NCBI GenBank assembly: GCA_963693055.1
Contig: OY843751.1
Location: forward strand, 1,718,252 to 1,782,251
DNA from: a bacterium
GTDB taxonomy: Bacteria > Zhuqueibacterota > Zhuqueibacteria > Residuimicrobiales > Krinioviventaceae
Length of the DNA: 64,000 nt
Direction of reading: 5' to 3'
The notes beneath the pieces are model-generated. The model was not told the DNA's origin and made no database searches. It saw only the letters and a program-made list of their open reading frames with translations. Of the stretch, positions 1-9,867 are shown one piece after another; the stretch's first letter is position 1, and each line of letters begins with the position of its first letter. Both the position numbers and the translations under genes were made by a program.

Positions 1-587
1 TATGTTTCTTTTGTGCGAAAATCGTAACCCGCAGTAAATGCATGACATGTGTCTATACATACGCCAACCCGGGATTTATTTTCAACGTTGTCAATAATGT
101 ATGCCAAATGCTCAAAGCGGTGACCCACATGGTTTCCTTGTCCCGCGGTATTTTCAATCACGGCAATCACATTCTCTGTCTTATCAATCGCCATGTTGAT
201 AGATTCGGCAATATTATCCATAGCTTGTTCGTCGGTGATTTTTCCGAGACCGCTGCCGGGATGAAAATTGAGCAGGGTGAGCCCCAATTGTTCGCAACGC
301 TGCATTTCATCAAAAAATGCGTTACGGGATTTTTCAAGCGCTTCCGGATCGGGAGTGCCGAGGTTTATGAGGTAACTGTCGTGCGGCAGTATAAATTCAA
401 GATCATAGCCGGTTTCCTCACAATTGGCCTTGAATTTTTCTATATTTTCATCGGTCAGAGGTTTGGCGTTCCACTGACGTTGATTTTTGGTAAACAGGGC
501 AAATGCTTTTGCATCTATTTTCTGCGCGTTAAGGGGGGCGTTTTCAACACCGCCGGCTGCGCTTACATGTGCTCCCACTCGTTTCAT
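1..587 (-). CDS. nfo: Endonuclease IV (apurinic/apyrimidinic endonuclease), C-terminus cut by window edge
   Basis: Minus-strand translation from ATG at 585-587 reads [44 protein letters not shown]...[10 protein letters not shown]...[10 protein letters not shown]...CIDTCHAF, closely matching E. coli Nfo as I recall it; AAAGGA RBS upstream. Not in ORF track because it runs off the edge. Confidence 0.8.
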   Translation of the reverse strand, partial: MKRVGAHVSAAGGVENAPLNAQKIDAKAFALFTKNQRQWNAKPLTDENIEKFKANCEETGYDLEFILPHDSYLINLGTPDPEALEKSRNAFFDEMQRCEQLGLTLLNFHPGSGLGKITDEQAMDNIAESINMAIDKTENVIAVIENTAGQGNHVGHRFEHLAYIIDNVENKSRVGVCIDTCHAFTAGYDFRTKET

Positions 588-627
588 TGTGTATCCTTTC
601 GTATATCCATAGGGATTTTCAAAACAA

Positions 628-1068
628 TCATCTTTTCCATCTTCCAACAATGCCGTACGCATATAATATTCCGATTATCAGTGCCACAAGGGAAAATACA
701 ATATCACGAATGGGCACAGATGCCGGATTTTGAAAATGCCAGATGGTCTGATGCAGTACGGCTAATCCGCGCAGAACAAAAATAGCGGCAATGGTGATGA
801 GTCCTGTGCGAAGCAGAGGGAGCTTGTGGATTAATTTAGCACCGGACAAAGCATAGAGACCCATTATTGTGAATATCAGCGTTACAAAAAGAGTAACCCA
901 AACCGGGTACAGCGAACCAGCCGCGGCCATGTTGGCCATTTTTTTCCCCGCACCAAAATAGATGTACCATGCCGGACCGCCAATGATAATGGCAATGTGC
1001 AGCGCGGCAATGGCGAACAGGCATATCGCCGCTATTTTGAGCGCTACAGCTTGTTTTTGTGAAGTCAT
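628..1068 (-). CDS. Small integral membrane protein, about 4 TM helices, unknown function
   Basis: 146-aa ORF with four hydrophobic stretches; no recognisable catalytic motif. Confidence 0.5.
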   Translation of the reverse strand: MTSQKQAVALKIAAICLFAIAALHIAIIIGGPAWYIYFGAGKKMANMAAAGSLYPVWVTLFVTLIFTIMGLYALSGAKLIHKLPLLRTGLITIAAIFVLRGLAVLHQTIWHFQNPASVPIRDIVFSLVALIIGILYAYGIVGRWKR

Positions 1069-1393
1069 GTTACCCCTCGTTTTATAAAATTTGGAGTAAT
1101 GTGGGGATATTTTGCTAATTATGCAACAGGATTGTTTGGGGAGAGTAGTATCAAATTGGCAAGCGGAACAAGTTATAAAATATATACAGGTGGAAGTTCA
1201 TCCGGTACGCTGCTATATGATTTATATATCAATGTCACCTATTCCGGAAGTACGTTAAAGAAAATATTTACGCTGACAAGTAAAAGCCAGAACGTATCTT
1301 TTTAGAACGGAAAGTAACAAGAGTTTACAAACAGGTTGTATTGTGCTCCCCGATCATCGGTTTGGGGAGCAATAAAATCAGGTTTATGTGAAA

Positions 1394-1759
1394 TTACATA
1401 ACTGAATTGATTGCGGATTCCAATCTATTCAAATTGATTGGTTTCATAAAAAAAGCCAGGGGATTTATACTTGTTGCCCGACTTTTTAGTTCTTCGTTTC
1501 CATAACCTGTCATAAATATTATAGCCGGATGGTAAAAAGAAAGGATTTTTTCCGCTGCTTCAATTCCATCCATTTTCCCAGCCAGTTGAATATCCATGAT
1601 TATGATATCCGGTTTTATATTCTGTGCGCTCTGCACAACATCTTCCCCCGTGCAGATTTTATTATAAACTTTATATCCTCTATCAATTAAATTTTGTTCT
1701 AAATTCAAAGCAATTAAAATTTCATCTTCTGCAATCATAATTGTCGTTTTGTGTTTCAT
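1394..1759 (-). CDS. Single-domain response regulator (CheY-like receiver)
   Basis: MKHKTTIMIAEDEILIALNL...PDIIIMDIQL...MTGYG receiver motifs; start taken at MKHK inside ORF 1394..1807; directly downstream of the large kinase. Confidence 0.8.
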   Translation of the reverse strand: MKHKTTIMIAEDEILIALNLEQNLIDRGYKVYNKICTGEDVVQSAQNIKPDIIIMDIQLAGKMDGIEAAEKILSFYHPAIIFMTGYGNEELKSRATSINPLAFFMKPINLNRLESAINSVM

Positions 1760-1761
1760 TA

Positions 1762-4700
1762 TTATACCCTTTCCGTATAGAATGTATCCTTGTATCGTAT
1801 CACACATTTTACTCCATTTTCAGATTCAAATTTTATATTGCCTTTTAATTGGTTTTCAACAAGAACAAGAATAATCCGTAATCCTAAATGGCTATCAATA
1901 TCAAGATCAAAGTTTTTTGGGAAACCGATTCCGTTATCCGAAACACATAGCTCAATTTCTTCTTCTTTTTTGGCTAGATGGATGTGAATAGTTCCTTCTC
2001 TTTTATCCGGGAATGCATGCTTTAGAGAATTTGATATTAACTCATTCAGTACCAGGCCACAAGGGATTGCGGTATCAATTAAAACAGATACACTTTCTAA
2101 ATCAAAGTCGACAGTAATTCTGTTGGAATTTAAATCAAAACTATCAAACAGAATGTTACCCAGATCAGTTATATAATCTTTCAAGTCTATCCGTGAAAGA
2201 TTAAAAGATTTATATAATTTTTCATGTACTAATGCCATTGAGTGTATGCGATTTTCCATTTCTTTAAATATTGACAATACTTCTTTATTGGTGGTGTTAT
2301 GGGCTTCCATGTTAAGTAGGGATATAATTACATGCATATTGTTTTTTGTACGATGATAGAGTTCTCTTAATAGCGTTTCCTTTTCCACCAGGGTCCGTTT
2401 AATTTGTTCTTCTGCTTGTTTTTGTTCAGTAATGTCAAGTATCACACCTGTTACTTTTAGTGGATGGCCTGATTCGTCTCTCTCTATATCTGCCTTTGAT
2501 AATATCGTTTTTCTGGTTTTTGTATTATATGTAAGAATATCAAATTCTAAATTATATTCTTTATCATTTTCAATGAGATCAACCAATGCCTGGTGCACTC
2601 TATCTCTTTCCGGAATGCAACCCTCAACTTTTTCTGTTGAAAAAGAATCAATATCCTTTTCAAAACCGTAAATTTTTTTCGCTTCGTCCGATCCCCAGAA
2701 TTGTGTTGTCTGTATATTATATTCCCAGCTACCCACATGCCCAATTGCCTGGGCTTTTTCATAACGCTTCTCGCTCCCAATTAGAGCATCTTCCATCCGT
2801 TTGAGGTCAGTAATATCAGTAAAAGTTACAATAACCTGAGTAATATTTTTCTCATTATCAAAAACTGGATCCGCATTAACCAGGAGCCATATATCATTAT
2901 CTCTGGCAGGACGATGCACACCTACTATCAAGTTTCTTACAGGTTGGAGAGTTGTAATGACCTGATTAACCGGATATTCTTCAAGTGACAATTTTGTTCC
3001 ATCTTTGAGGAAAATGTACCATGAAGGATCAATGGCTTTTTTCCTCAGTATCTGGTCTTCTGTTAATCCTAGTAATTCCTGTGCTTTTTGATTAGCTATC
3101 AATATTTGAGTATCCGCTCCATGTACAACCACCGCCGTTTGTATTTTCTGAATCAATTCCCGGAATTTTTCTTCACTTTTTTTAAGCTCATTTTCCGCTT
3201 GTAACCGTTCTTTTTCCTGTTGATCTCTTTGCAATCTTGCATTCAAAATGGGTGAGATGTAATTGGTAATACTCTCCAAAATTTCTTTGTCTTGTTCAGT
3301 ATAACCGTTTTCATTATTAGCAACTGAAATTAAACCAATGGATTTATGTGAATAGACTATCGGTACAGATAGAAAATGTTTGATTGTAACATGTCCAGTT
3401 GGTGTATTAAAGGGGCCATCGGAATACAGTGCTTTTTTTTCTCTGATCGATCTTCCCCATAGGGTGTTTCCCCATGTATGCTGTGGGAAAATAATAGACT
3501 TGTCCGAAACCTGGCATTCTTCCCAAATTTCCCGTGTCATGCTTGGAATAACCAGGTCACCATTTTTCTCAATAAATCCAAATACGCCGTAATGGCTTTT
3601 CATCACTTGAAGTACTATCTCTAAAACTTTACTATACATCTCTTCATCGGTAAGAGAAAGAAAAATATTTGAAATTTGGTTCTGGATTGATTTGCGTTGT
3701 TCCGATTCTATGAGTTTCTCCTCTACCTGTTTTTGATCGGTAATGTCAATTCGGACACCTGTTAATCGGAGCGGCTTTCCCTCTTTATCTTTTTCAACAG
3801 TACTACCAATTACACTATGCCATCGGTACGAGCCATCAGCGTGTTTCATTCTGGTTTCATAACGATAATCACTGGCAGCACCGCTCAATACATCTTTAAT
3901 TTTTGTTACTACACATTCTCTATCATCAGGATGAATCCTGGTTACCCACAAGTCCCGATCAGAAAACCCTGCTACAGGTTCATATCCAAGCATTGTATAA
4001 TATGTAGGTGTTGTGTACCAGATATCATCTTTTAAAAGCCAGTTCCAGATACCAATTTTTGTGACTTCTGTTGCAACGCGTAACCGTTCTTCGCTTTCTC
4101 TAAGCGCTTTCTCTGCCTGTTTACGTTTAGTGATATCCTCTATTGTTCCTACCGAACGAACAGGTTTGTCATTTTCATAAATGGTTTCGCATTTCTCATG
4201 TACAAACTTGATTCTTCCTTCCCCAAAATCAAGGCGGTGTTCAATAGAATATGGAATTCGGGTTTTGAGTGAGTTGGTAAAGGCCCATTTGACTGCTTTG
4301 CGGTCATCCGGGTGGATAGCATCAAGTATTATTTTATAGGTTATATCAAGTTTTTCAGGATCGATCTCAAAAATACGATAGGATTCATCTGACAATGTAA
4401 TGGTATTTGTTTCCAATTCCAGTTCCCAGCTTCCAATGTGGGCCATTCGCTGTGCTTCGTTGAGACGCATGGCTGTATATCTGAGTTTATCTTCTATCCG
4501 TTTCTGTTCAGTTACATTGTGTTCCAGTACAGTTACTCCGATTATTTCACCCGTTTCAGTTTTGATAGGATAATGATATACCTGGAAATAGTGTTGTGTA
4601 TTGGACTCTTTTTCTGAATATGATTTATCAACCCGTTGTTCCCCGGCCAAGACACGGTCCAGGTTTTTCCTGATTATTTCGCGATTTTTTTGCAATGGAA

Positions 4701-5100
4701 TATACTCTAACATGCTATTACCGATTTCGATTTTTGCATTATAATTGGTTTGCATATACATTGCATGTGAGTGGTTAAAATTGATGTATCGATATTGCCG
4801 GTCTACTGAATAGACTTTGGTATTGCTACAGTCAAGAATATTGTATAATGCGGTTATCTGGCAATTCAGTGTTTTATCAAATTGTTTATTTTCATTAGTC
4901 TCTTTTTTTAAATTACCCGAATACATGATAACTTTGTTTTTTAAAGTAAACCATAGCAATAATGCTATTCCTGACAAAACTAACAATATCAATATTATTT
5001 GAAAATTGTTTATAAGATTGGTATAGAAGACTATCCCCTCAGTATCTACTGTTTTAGACTTTATTTGATGAATCAGGTTGTACAGTGTTGAGATTTTCAT
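1762..5100 (-). CDS. Multi-sensor histidine kinase: N-terminal TM segment, several PAS/PAC domains, GAF-like region, HisKA_2-type kinase core
   Basis: 1112-aa ORF; repeated PAS-like blocks; HRTKNNMHVIISLL H-box typical of HisKA_2; DNGIGFP ATPase motif near C-terminus. Confidence 0.85.
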   Translation of the reverse strand: MKISTLYNLIHQIKSKTVDTEGIVFYTNLINNFQIILILLVLSGIALLLWFTLKNKVIMYSGNLKKETNENKQFDKTLNCQITALYNILDCSNTKVYSVDRQYRYINFNHSHAMYMQTNYNAKIEIGNSMLEYIPLQKNREIIRKNLDRVLAGEQRVDKSYSEKESNTQHYFQVYHYPIKTETGEIIGVTVLEHNVTEQKRIEDKLRYTAMRLNEAQRMAHIGSWELELETNTITLSDESYRIFEIDPEKLDITYKIILDAIHPDDRKAVKWAFTNSLKTRIPYSIEHRLDFGEGRIKFVHEKCETIYENDKPVRSVGTIEDITKRKQAEKALRESEERLRVATEVTKIGIWNWLLKDDIWYTTPTYYTMLGYEPVAGFSDRDLWVTRIHPDDRECVVTKIKDVLSGAASDYRYETRMKHADGSYRWHSVIGSTVEKDKEGKPLRLTGVRIDITDQKQVEEKLIESEQRKSIQNQISNIFLSLTDEEMYSKVLEIVLQVMKSHYGVFGFIEKNGDLVIPSMTREIWEECQVSDKSIIFPQHTWGNTLWGRSIREKKALYSDGPFNTPTGHVTIKHFLSVPIVYSHKSIGLISVANNENGYTEQDKEILESITNYISPILNARLQRDQQEKERLQAENELKKSEEKFRELIQKIQTAVVVHGADTQILIANQKAQELLGLTEDQILRKKAIDPSWYIFLKDGTKLSLEEYPVNQVITTLQPVRNLIVGVHRPARDNDIWLLVNADPVFDNEKNITQVIVTFTDITDLKRMEDALIGSEKRYEKAQAIGHVGSWEYNIQTTQFWGSDEAKKIYGFEKDIDSFSTEKVEGCIPERDRVHQALVDLIENDKEYNLEFDILTYNTKTRKTILSKADIERDESGHPLKVTGVILDITEQKQAEEQIKRTLVEKETLLRELYHRTKNNMHVIISLLNMEAHNTTNKEVLSIFKEMENRIHSMALVHEKLYKSFNLSRIDLKDYITDLGNILFDSFDLNSNRITVDFDLESVSVLIDTAIPCGLVLNELISNSLKHAFPDKREGTIHIHLAKKEEEIELCVSDNGIGFPKNFDLDIDSHLGLRIILVLVENQLKGNIKFESENGVKCVIRYKDTFYTERV

Positions 5101-5323
5101 AATGCACTGTCCTATTTTTTCTCGTCTAAAGTAATAGATTACTTTTCTTCATAACAAAAAGCGTTAATAGTTGATTCAATTGCAATTGTTGATTTTTTAA
5201 ATTAGTTGATTGAAATATTCAAGTTATTCATCCTATATGGAGATTACTACGGTGCTTTAAGAAAGGTATATATATAAAATTAATGTATAATTTGATAAAC
5301 TTGCAAGATAATAATTAAAAAAA

Positions 5324-6067
5324 TCATCCATCTACCAACTTTCTGATCCTTTTCAGCATATTCTCATAATGTGAGCCGTGCCAGTAGACGTTGCCGCAAC
5401 CAGTGCATTGGTGAAATTCGTTGAAATATTGTTCGGTTTTGGGAGGGATGCGATCATGGATTTCGTGCTTGTCTACCGGTTCAAGCAGGCCGTTGCATTC
5501 AATACAGCGGCTGAACGGATTTGCCTGTCCCCGTAGGTCCAAACGATCCAGGATTTCTTTTAGCTGTTGTTCCGGTTCGGTATGATGCAGGTACGCGCCA
5601 TGAGTGACGCGACTGTTTTTTAGTATACCACGGTCCCGTGTGAGTATGATACGGTGCTCTTTGCGTGCAATATCAATAATCTCATCATCTTCGTAATCAT
5701 TGCGGTAGAGGGTGTCGAATCCGGCCATGCGTAAAAGTCGGGACAGCTTGCCGAGATGTACATCCAGAATGAATCTGGATTCCCGCAATGGTTTGGATCG
5801 TAAGCGGACGAGTGGGGAGATGTCCATACTTTCAAATACAGGATAGACCGCGATCCGGTCATTGTGCCGGAGTTTATATTCAAATCCCACCGAGACACTG
5901 TTCGCGAGAATGATTTCTACCTCGGTATGGGGTACACCGCAGGCTTCAATGGCATCCTTGATTCCCGGATTGCCATTAAAGGTGTATGTGAATATGGTTT
6001 TGCGTTGCACCGGCGGCAGGAAATCGTTCAGTTCTTCGTAAAATCGAAATTCGGCTGTATTGGACAT
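5324..6067 (-). CDS. Mut7-C RNase domain (DUF82) protein with N-terminal ubiquitin-like domain and C-terminal zinc ribbon
   Basis: 247 aa; PIN-like central region (ILTRDRG), C-terminal CIECNG...CTGCG zinc ribbon; 15 bp downstream of tryptophanase on the same strand. Confidence 0.65.
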   Translation of the reverse strand: MSNTAEFRFYEELNDFLPPVQRKTIFTYTFNGNPGIKDAIEACGVPHTEVEIILANSVSVGFEYKLRHNDRIAVYPVFESMDISPLVRLRSKPLRESRFILDVHLGKLSRLLRMAGFDTLYRNDYEDDEIIDIARKEHRIILTRDRGILKNSRVTHGAYLHHTEPEQQLKEILDRLDLRGQANPFSRCIECNGLLEPVDKHEIHDRIPPKTEQYFNEFHQCTGCGNVYWHGSHYENMLKRIRKLVDG

Positions 6068-6081
6068 GATTATCGTTAGCG

Positions 6082-7461
6082 TTATGATTTAACCAGTTCG
6101 AATTTTGCCGTAAAATGACGCAGGAACGGAGCCTGCTCGGTTATTTTTACTCCACGTATATTTTCTTTGGTGTCATTAACCTCCAGAATAGATTCCACAA
6201 CATAATCGATATGGCTTTGGGTATATACCCGACGCGGAATAGCGAGCCGCACCAGCTCCATAGGGGCGGGGAGTTCTGCTCCGGTTACCGGATCTTTGCG
6301 CGCAAACATGACTGAACCGATCTCGACCGTACGAATTCCCGCGGCAAGATACAACTCGATAGACAGTGCTTGTCCCGGATACTGCTCTACAGGTATGTGC
6401 GGTAGCATGGTTTTGGCATCGATATAGATTGCGTGTCCACCCGGTGGTTGTACAATGGGCACGCCGTAATCCGAGATATGCCTGCCCAGATACTGGGTGG
6501 AGGCAATACGATAGCGAAGGTAATCCTCATTCAGAATCTCTTTGAGCCCTATGGCTATGGCTTCCAGGTCACGGCCCGCGAGTCCGCCATAGGTTGGAAA
6601 TCCCTCGGTGAGGATGAGCAAGTCGCTTTCCTGGCGAGCCAGGTTATCGTCGTTAGTGCAAAGGAAACCACCTATGTTCACCAGCGCATCTTTTTTAGCG
6701 GACATGGTACAGCCGTCCGCATACGAGAACATTTCGTGCACAATCTCTTTGATGGTTTTGTTGGCGTATCCTGCTTCACGTTTTTTGATAAACCAGGCAT
6801 TCTCGGCAAAGCGGCAGGCGTCGAAATAAAAAGGGATTTTATGTTTGTGTGCAATGGCTGCCACAGAGCGTATGTTGGCCATTGATACGGGTTGTCCGCC
6901 ACCGGAATTGTTAGTGATGGTGAGCATGATGAGCGGAACGCGATCTACGCCCACCTCGTTGATGGTTTTGAGCAGTGCATCGGTATCCATATCGCCTTTA
7001 AAGGGCAGAGGATTTGCAGGATCGAGCGCTTCGGGTTTGAGTAAATCGCGGGCCTCGGCGCCTTGAAATTCAACATTGGCGCGGGTGGTGTCGAAATGGG
7101 TATTGTTGGGCACCACATCGCCTTTTTTACACAGGATAGAAAAGAGGATGCGCTCAGCCGCGCGGCCCTGGTGAGTGGGAATGACATGGTCGAATCCGAA
7201 TATATCCTGCACCGTCTCTTGCATGTGGTACCAGCTTTTACTGCAGGCATATGCTTCGTCTCCGCGCATAATACCCGCCCACTGCTCTGAGCTCATGGCG
7301 GACGTGCCACTGTCGGTGAGCAGGTCAATCAATACATCGTCACTATTGATCTGGAACAGATTATAGCCTGCTTTTTTCAGGATTTTTTCGCGCTCTTTGC
7401 GGGTGGTCATGCGGATAGGTTCAACGGATTTGATTTTAAACGGTTCTATGATAACGGTCAT
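6082..7461 (-). CDS. tnaA: Tryptophanase / tyrosine phenol-lyase family beta-eliminating lyase (PLP-dependent)
   Basis: 459 aa, alignable along its length to E. coli TnaA as recalled (DLLTDSGT, PTHQGR, SMSAKKD PLP-lysine region, FTAKF C-terminus); AGGAG RBS. Tryptophanase versus tyrosine phenol-lyase cannot be separated by eye. Confidence 0.9.
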   Translation of the reverse strand: MTVIIEPFKIKSVEPIRMTTRKEREKILKKAGYNLFQINSDDVLIDLLTDSGTSAMSSEQWAGIMRGDEAYACSKSWYHMQETVQDIFGFDHVIPTHQGRAAERILFSILCKKGDVVPNNTHFDTTRANVEFQGAEARDLLKPEALDPANPLPFKGDMDTDALLKTINEVGVDRVPLIMLTITNNSGGGQPVSMANIRSVAAIAHKHKIPFYFDACRFAENAWFIKKREAGYANKTIKEIVHEMFSYADGCTMSAKKDALVNIGGFLCTNDDNLARQESDLLILTEGFPTYGGLAGRDLEAIAIGLKEILNEDYLRYRIASTQYLGRHISDYGVPIVQPPGGHAIYIDAKTMLPHIPVEQYPGQALSIELYLAAGIRTVEIGSVMFARKDPVTGAELPAPMELVRLAIPRRVYTQSHIDYVVESILEVNDTKENIRGVKITEQAPFLRHFTAKFELVKS

Positions 7462-7545
7462 ATCCTACTCCTGTGGCTGAATGATTGGCTTTACTGAAAG
7501 GAGTAAAATTTTGAGCAGAGAGTCAAGGAAAAAAAGAGGCTAGTT

Positions 7546-7573
7546 GTCAGTAATCAGTATTCAGTAGTCAGAT
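7546..7573. repeat. Four tandem 7-bp direct repeats (consensus NTCAGTA) upstream of tnaA
   Basis: gtcagta atcagta ttcagta gtcagat, about 85-110 bp upstream of the tnaA start in the divergent intergenic region. Confidence 0.5.
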
Positions 7574-7720
7574 ATTGGATAAATGATTTGGGGATATATT
7601 GATAAAGTGATTGATTTGATGGATTTTTTTGTTAAGTTGGAATATTGCTATATTCAGGTATGAGGACAAGAACCTCCAGATTATTACATCGGTTTTTATT
7701 GTGAAAATTGTGGATTAATT

Positions 7721-8056
7721 ATGAAATACAATCATATCGGCATTCCGACAAGTGAGCGTTTTGAAGATGAAATTGAAATTCCACATTTGAAAATTACAGT
7801 AAGCGATCACAAAAACAATCCATTCGGAATACAATGGATGCGTTACCGGGACGATGCTCCGTATCCGGATGTCGTTAAATCCATTCCCCATGTGGCATTT
7901 GAAGTCGATGATCTTGATATTGCTTTAAAAGATCAGGAAATTATTATATCACCCAATAGTCCCACACCCGGGGTTATTGTCGCTATGATTTTGGTAAATG
8001 GTGCACCTGTAGAGTTGATGCAAATAAACAGAGCTGTTTACAGGGATGAAATTTAA
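7721..8056 (+). CDS. Small hypothetical protein, possibly glyoxalase/VOC-like
   Basis: 111-aa ORF divergent from tnaA; weak resemblance to VOC-fold proteins (HIGI...PHVAFEVDDLD). Confidence 0.45.
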   Translation: MKYNHIGIPTSERFEDEIEIPHLKITVSDHKNNPFGIQWMRYRDDAPYPDVVKSIPHVAFEVDDLDIALKDQEIIISPNSPTPGVIVAMILVNGAPVELMQINRAVYRDEI

Positions 8057-8138
8057 TGATGGAAATAAACTTGTAACCGATGTGAATTATAATAGTGAGT
8101 AAACCCCGGATGAGATGTCCGGGATTTATATAAAACAA

Positions 8139-9593
8139 TTATTTCATTTCTGCCCGTAAAACATAGCCATATTCTGAAATGCGTTTTGCCGGGAATTGGA
8201 TAGTAAGACCGTCTTTTGTCTGTTGCCAATCTATTTTTTGCTCACTTCCAAGCATGGAAATATTTTTAATTTCAGGAGCATAATCCATTTGATCAGATAG
8301 GGATTTGATGGTTACTGTACCATCATCCGGGCAGACCAGGGCCATAATGTACAAGTTGTTGTCTTTTTGGGTAAACCAGAAATCCTGTTCCTGAAAATCT
8401 GACCTGAATCCATCACGTTTACGTTGAGTCGTACTTTTTATTTCAATTTTTGTGGGACCTTCATGTGTTACATGCTAGGAATGTCTTCCATAAATGGCTT
8501 CGCTGTTGATGGACATCCATTTGCCAATTTCGTGCAACTGGTCGATACTTTCCTGGGGTATGGAACCATCACCTTTGGGACCAATATTGAGCCAATAATT
8601 CCCGCCCTTTCTGGCAATAGCCATAATCCAGTAAATCAATTCTTTGGTGGACTTCCAATCCACATCATAACTTTTATATCCCCAGATATTGTTCAGGGTA
8701 CCGGGAGCTTCCCAGTACACGTCACCGCCTTCTCTGTTATCCGGGATTTTATTGTCACCGGTGACCCAATAATCGCCCCAATCATTACCTACTAGGTTGT
8801 TGACAAGGCAGTTGGGTTGAATATCGTAAATCAGTTTGTAAAATTCAAAACTCTGTTCTTGTGTCATATGATTCGCCATATCGTACCAAATCTCGATGAG
8901 GTTAGGAAGCGTATTTAACAGTTCTACCATTTGCGGTTTGGATTTGACCTCGAGATATTCCTCGAAAGAAACCGGAGAGGGGTCCCACATGTTTGCAGGC
9001 CAGTCTGCCTATTTGCTCGTATCGTCCGGATTTTCCTTTAAATAATTGAGCACACCCGCATTGCCGCCATCCATCTAATCGGTAGAATGTGAATAATAAA
9101 TACCAAAGCGCAGTCCTTGTTTTTCACATTCCTGTGAGAGGGCTTTGATAGGATCGATGTCAAAGGGGGTACTGTCAATAATATCGTAATCCGTTACTTT
9201 TGAATCGTACATTGCAAATCCATCATGGTGCTTGGGCATTGCTATTTCATATCGCATACCTGCGTCTTTTGCCAGTTTGACCCAGGCTTTTGCATCAAAT
9301 TTAACCGGATTGAACTGGCTGCATAATTGTTTGTACTCGTCCCTGGGTATTTACGCGTGGTAAAATATCCATTCACCCAATCCCGGGATCTTTTCTCCCT
9401 GCCAAATACTGGCAGGCATGGAATAGACACCCCAGTGACTAAACATGCTAAATTTATAATCATTAAATTGTTCCAGTGCCTGGCTTTTTGTATCGTGCAT
9501 TGCCTGCCAATCCTGCAATAAAGAATCATCGGCATAAACAAAAGTGCATACAAGAAAGAGTACAAGTATTGCAAATCTTTTAATCATCAACAT
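8139..9593 (-). pseudogene. GH29 alpha-L-fucosidase interrupted by four in-frame stop codons, no frameshift
   Basis: ORF fragments 9351..9593, 9075..9257, 8475..8990, 8139..8354 share one frame; read-through gives a continuous GH29-like protein (signal peptide, [36 protein letters not shown]). Stops at 9351-9353 TAA, 9075-9077 TAG, 9009-9011 TAG, 8475-8477 TAG. Confidence 0.8.
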
Positions 9594-9867
9594 GTCTCCT
9601 GTAGAAGCGTTTGGTGTTCAAACTTTAAGTTGTGCTATTAATTTTATAAATATTTTCATTCTAATATAAATATATAATTGAAAATATTAAAATTTATTTG
9701 TTTTTACAATAAAGTTTACTATTTTTATTAGTATAGGAACCATTATTTAATTGCAGGGGTTTAAAAATAACCAGTAATTGATGCTCAATCTATCAATGGG
9801 GTAAATCCTATATTTGATAATTGCCTTTTATAAAACACCAAATTTTTAATTTTCTAGGAGGGAGAAA

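Noticed and set aside
42-785. 247-aa plus-strand ORF at the start of the window
   Set aside because: It lies antisense to the well-supported nfo gene and the membrane-protein gene, and its translation has no protein-like features; treated as a shadow ORF.
1099-1305. 68-aa Ser/Thr/Gly/Tyr-rich plus-strand ORF with GGAG RBS
   Set aside because: Low-complexity composition and no recognisable features; the hairpin downstream (about 1344-1371) is not followed by a T-run. Too weak to call a gene.
7462-7720. TnaC-like leader peptide upstream of tryptophanase
   Set aside because: No ATG-initiated short ORF is present on the minus strand in this interval.
8424-8795. 123-aa plus-strand ORF
   Set aside because: Antisense to the fucosidase coding frame; no independent support.
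9242-9574. 110-aa minus-strand ORF overlapping the fucosidase N-terminus
   Set aside because: It is in a different frame from the fucosidase fragments and has no homology-like features; the fucosidase frame explains the region.
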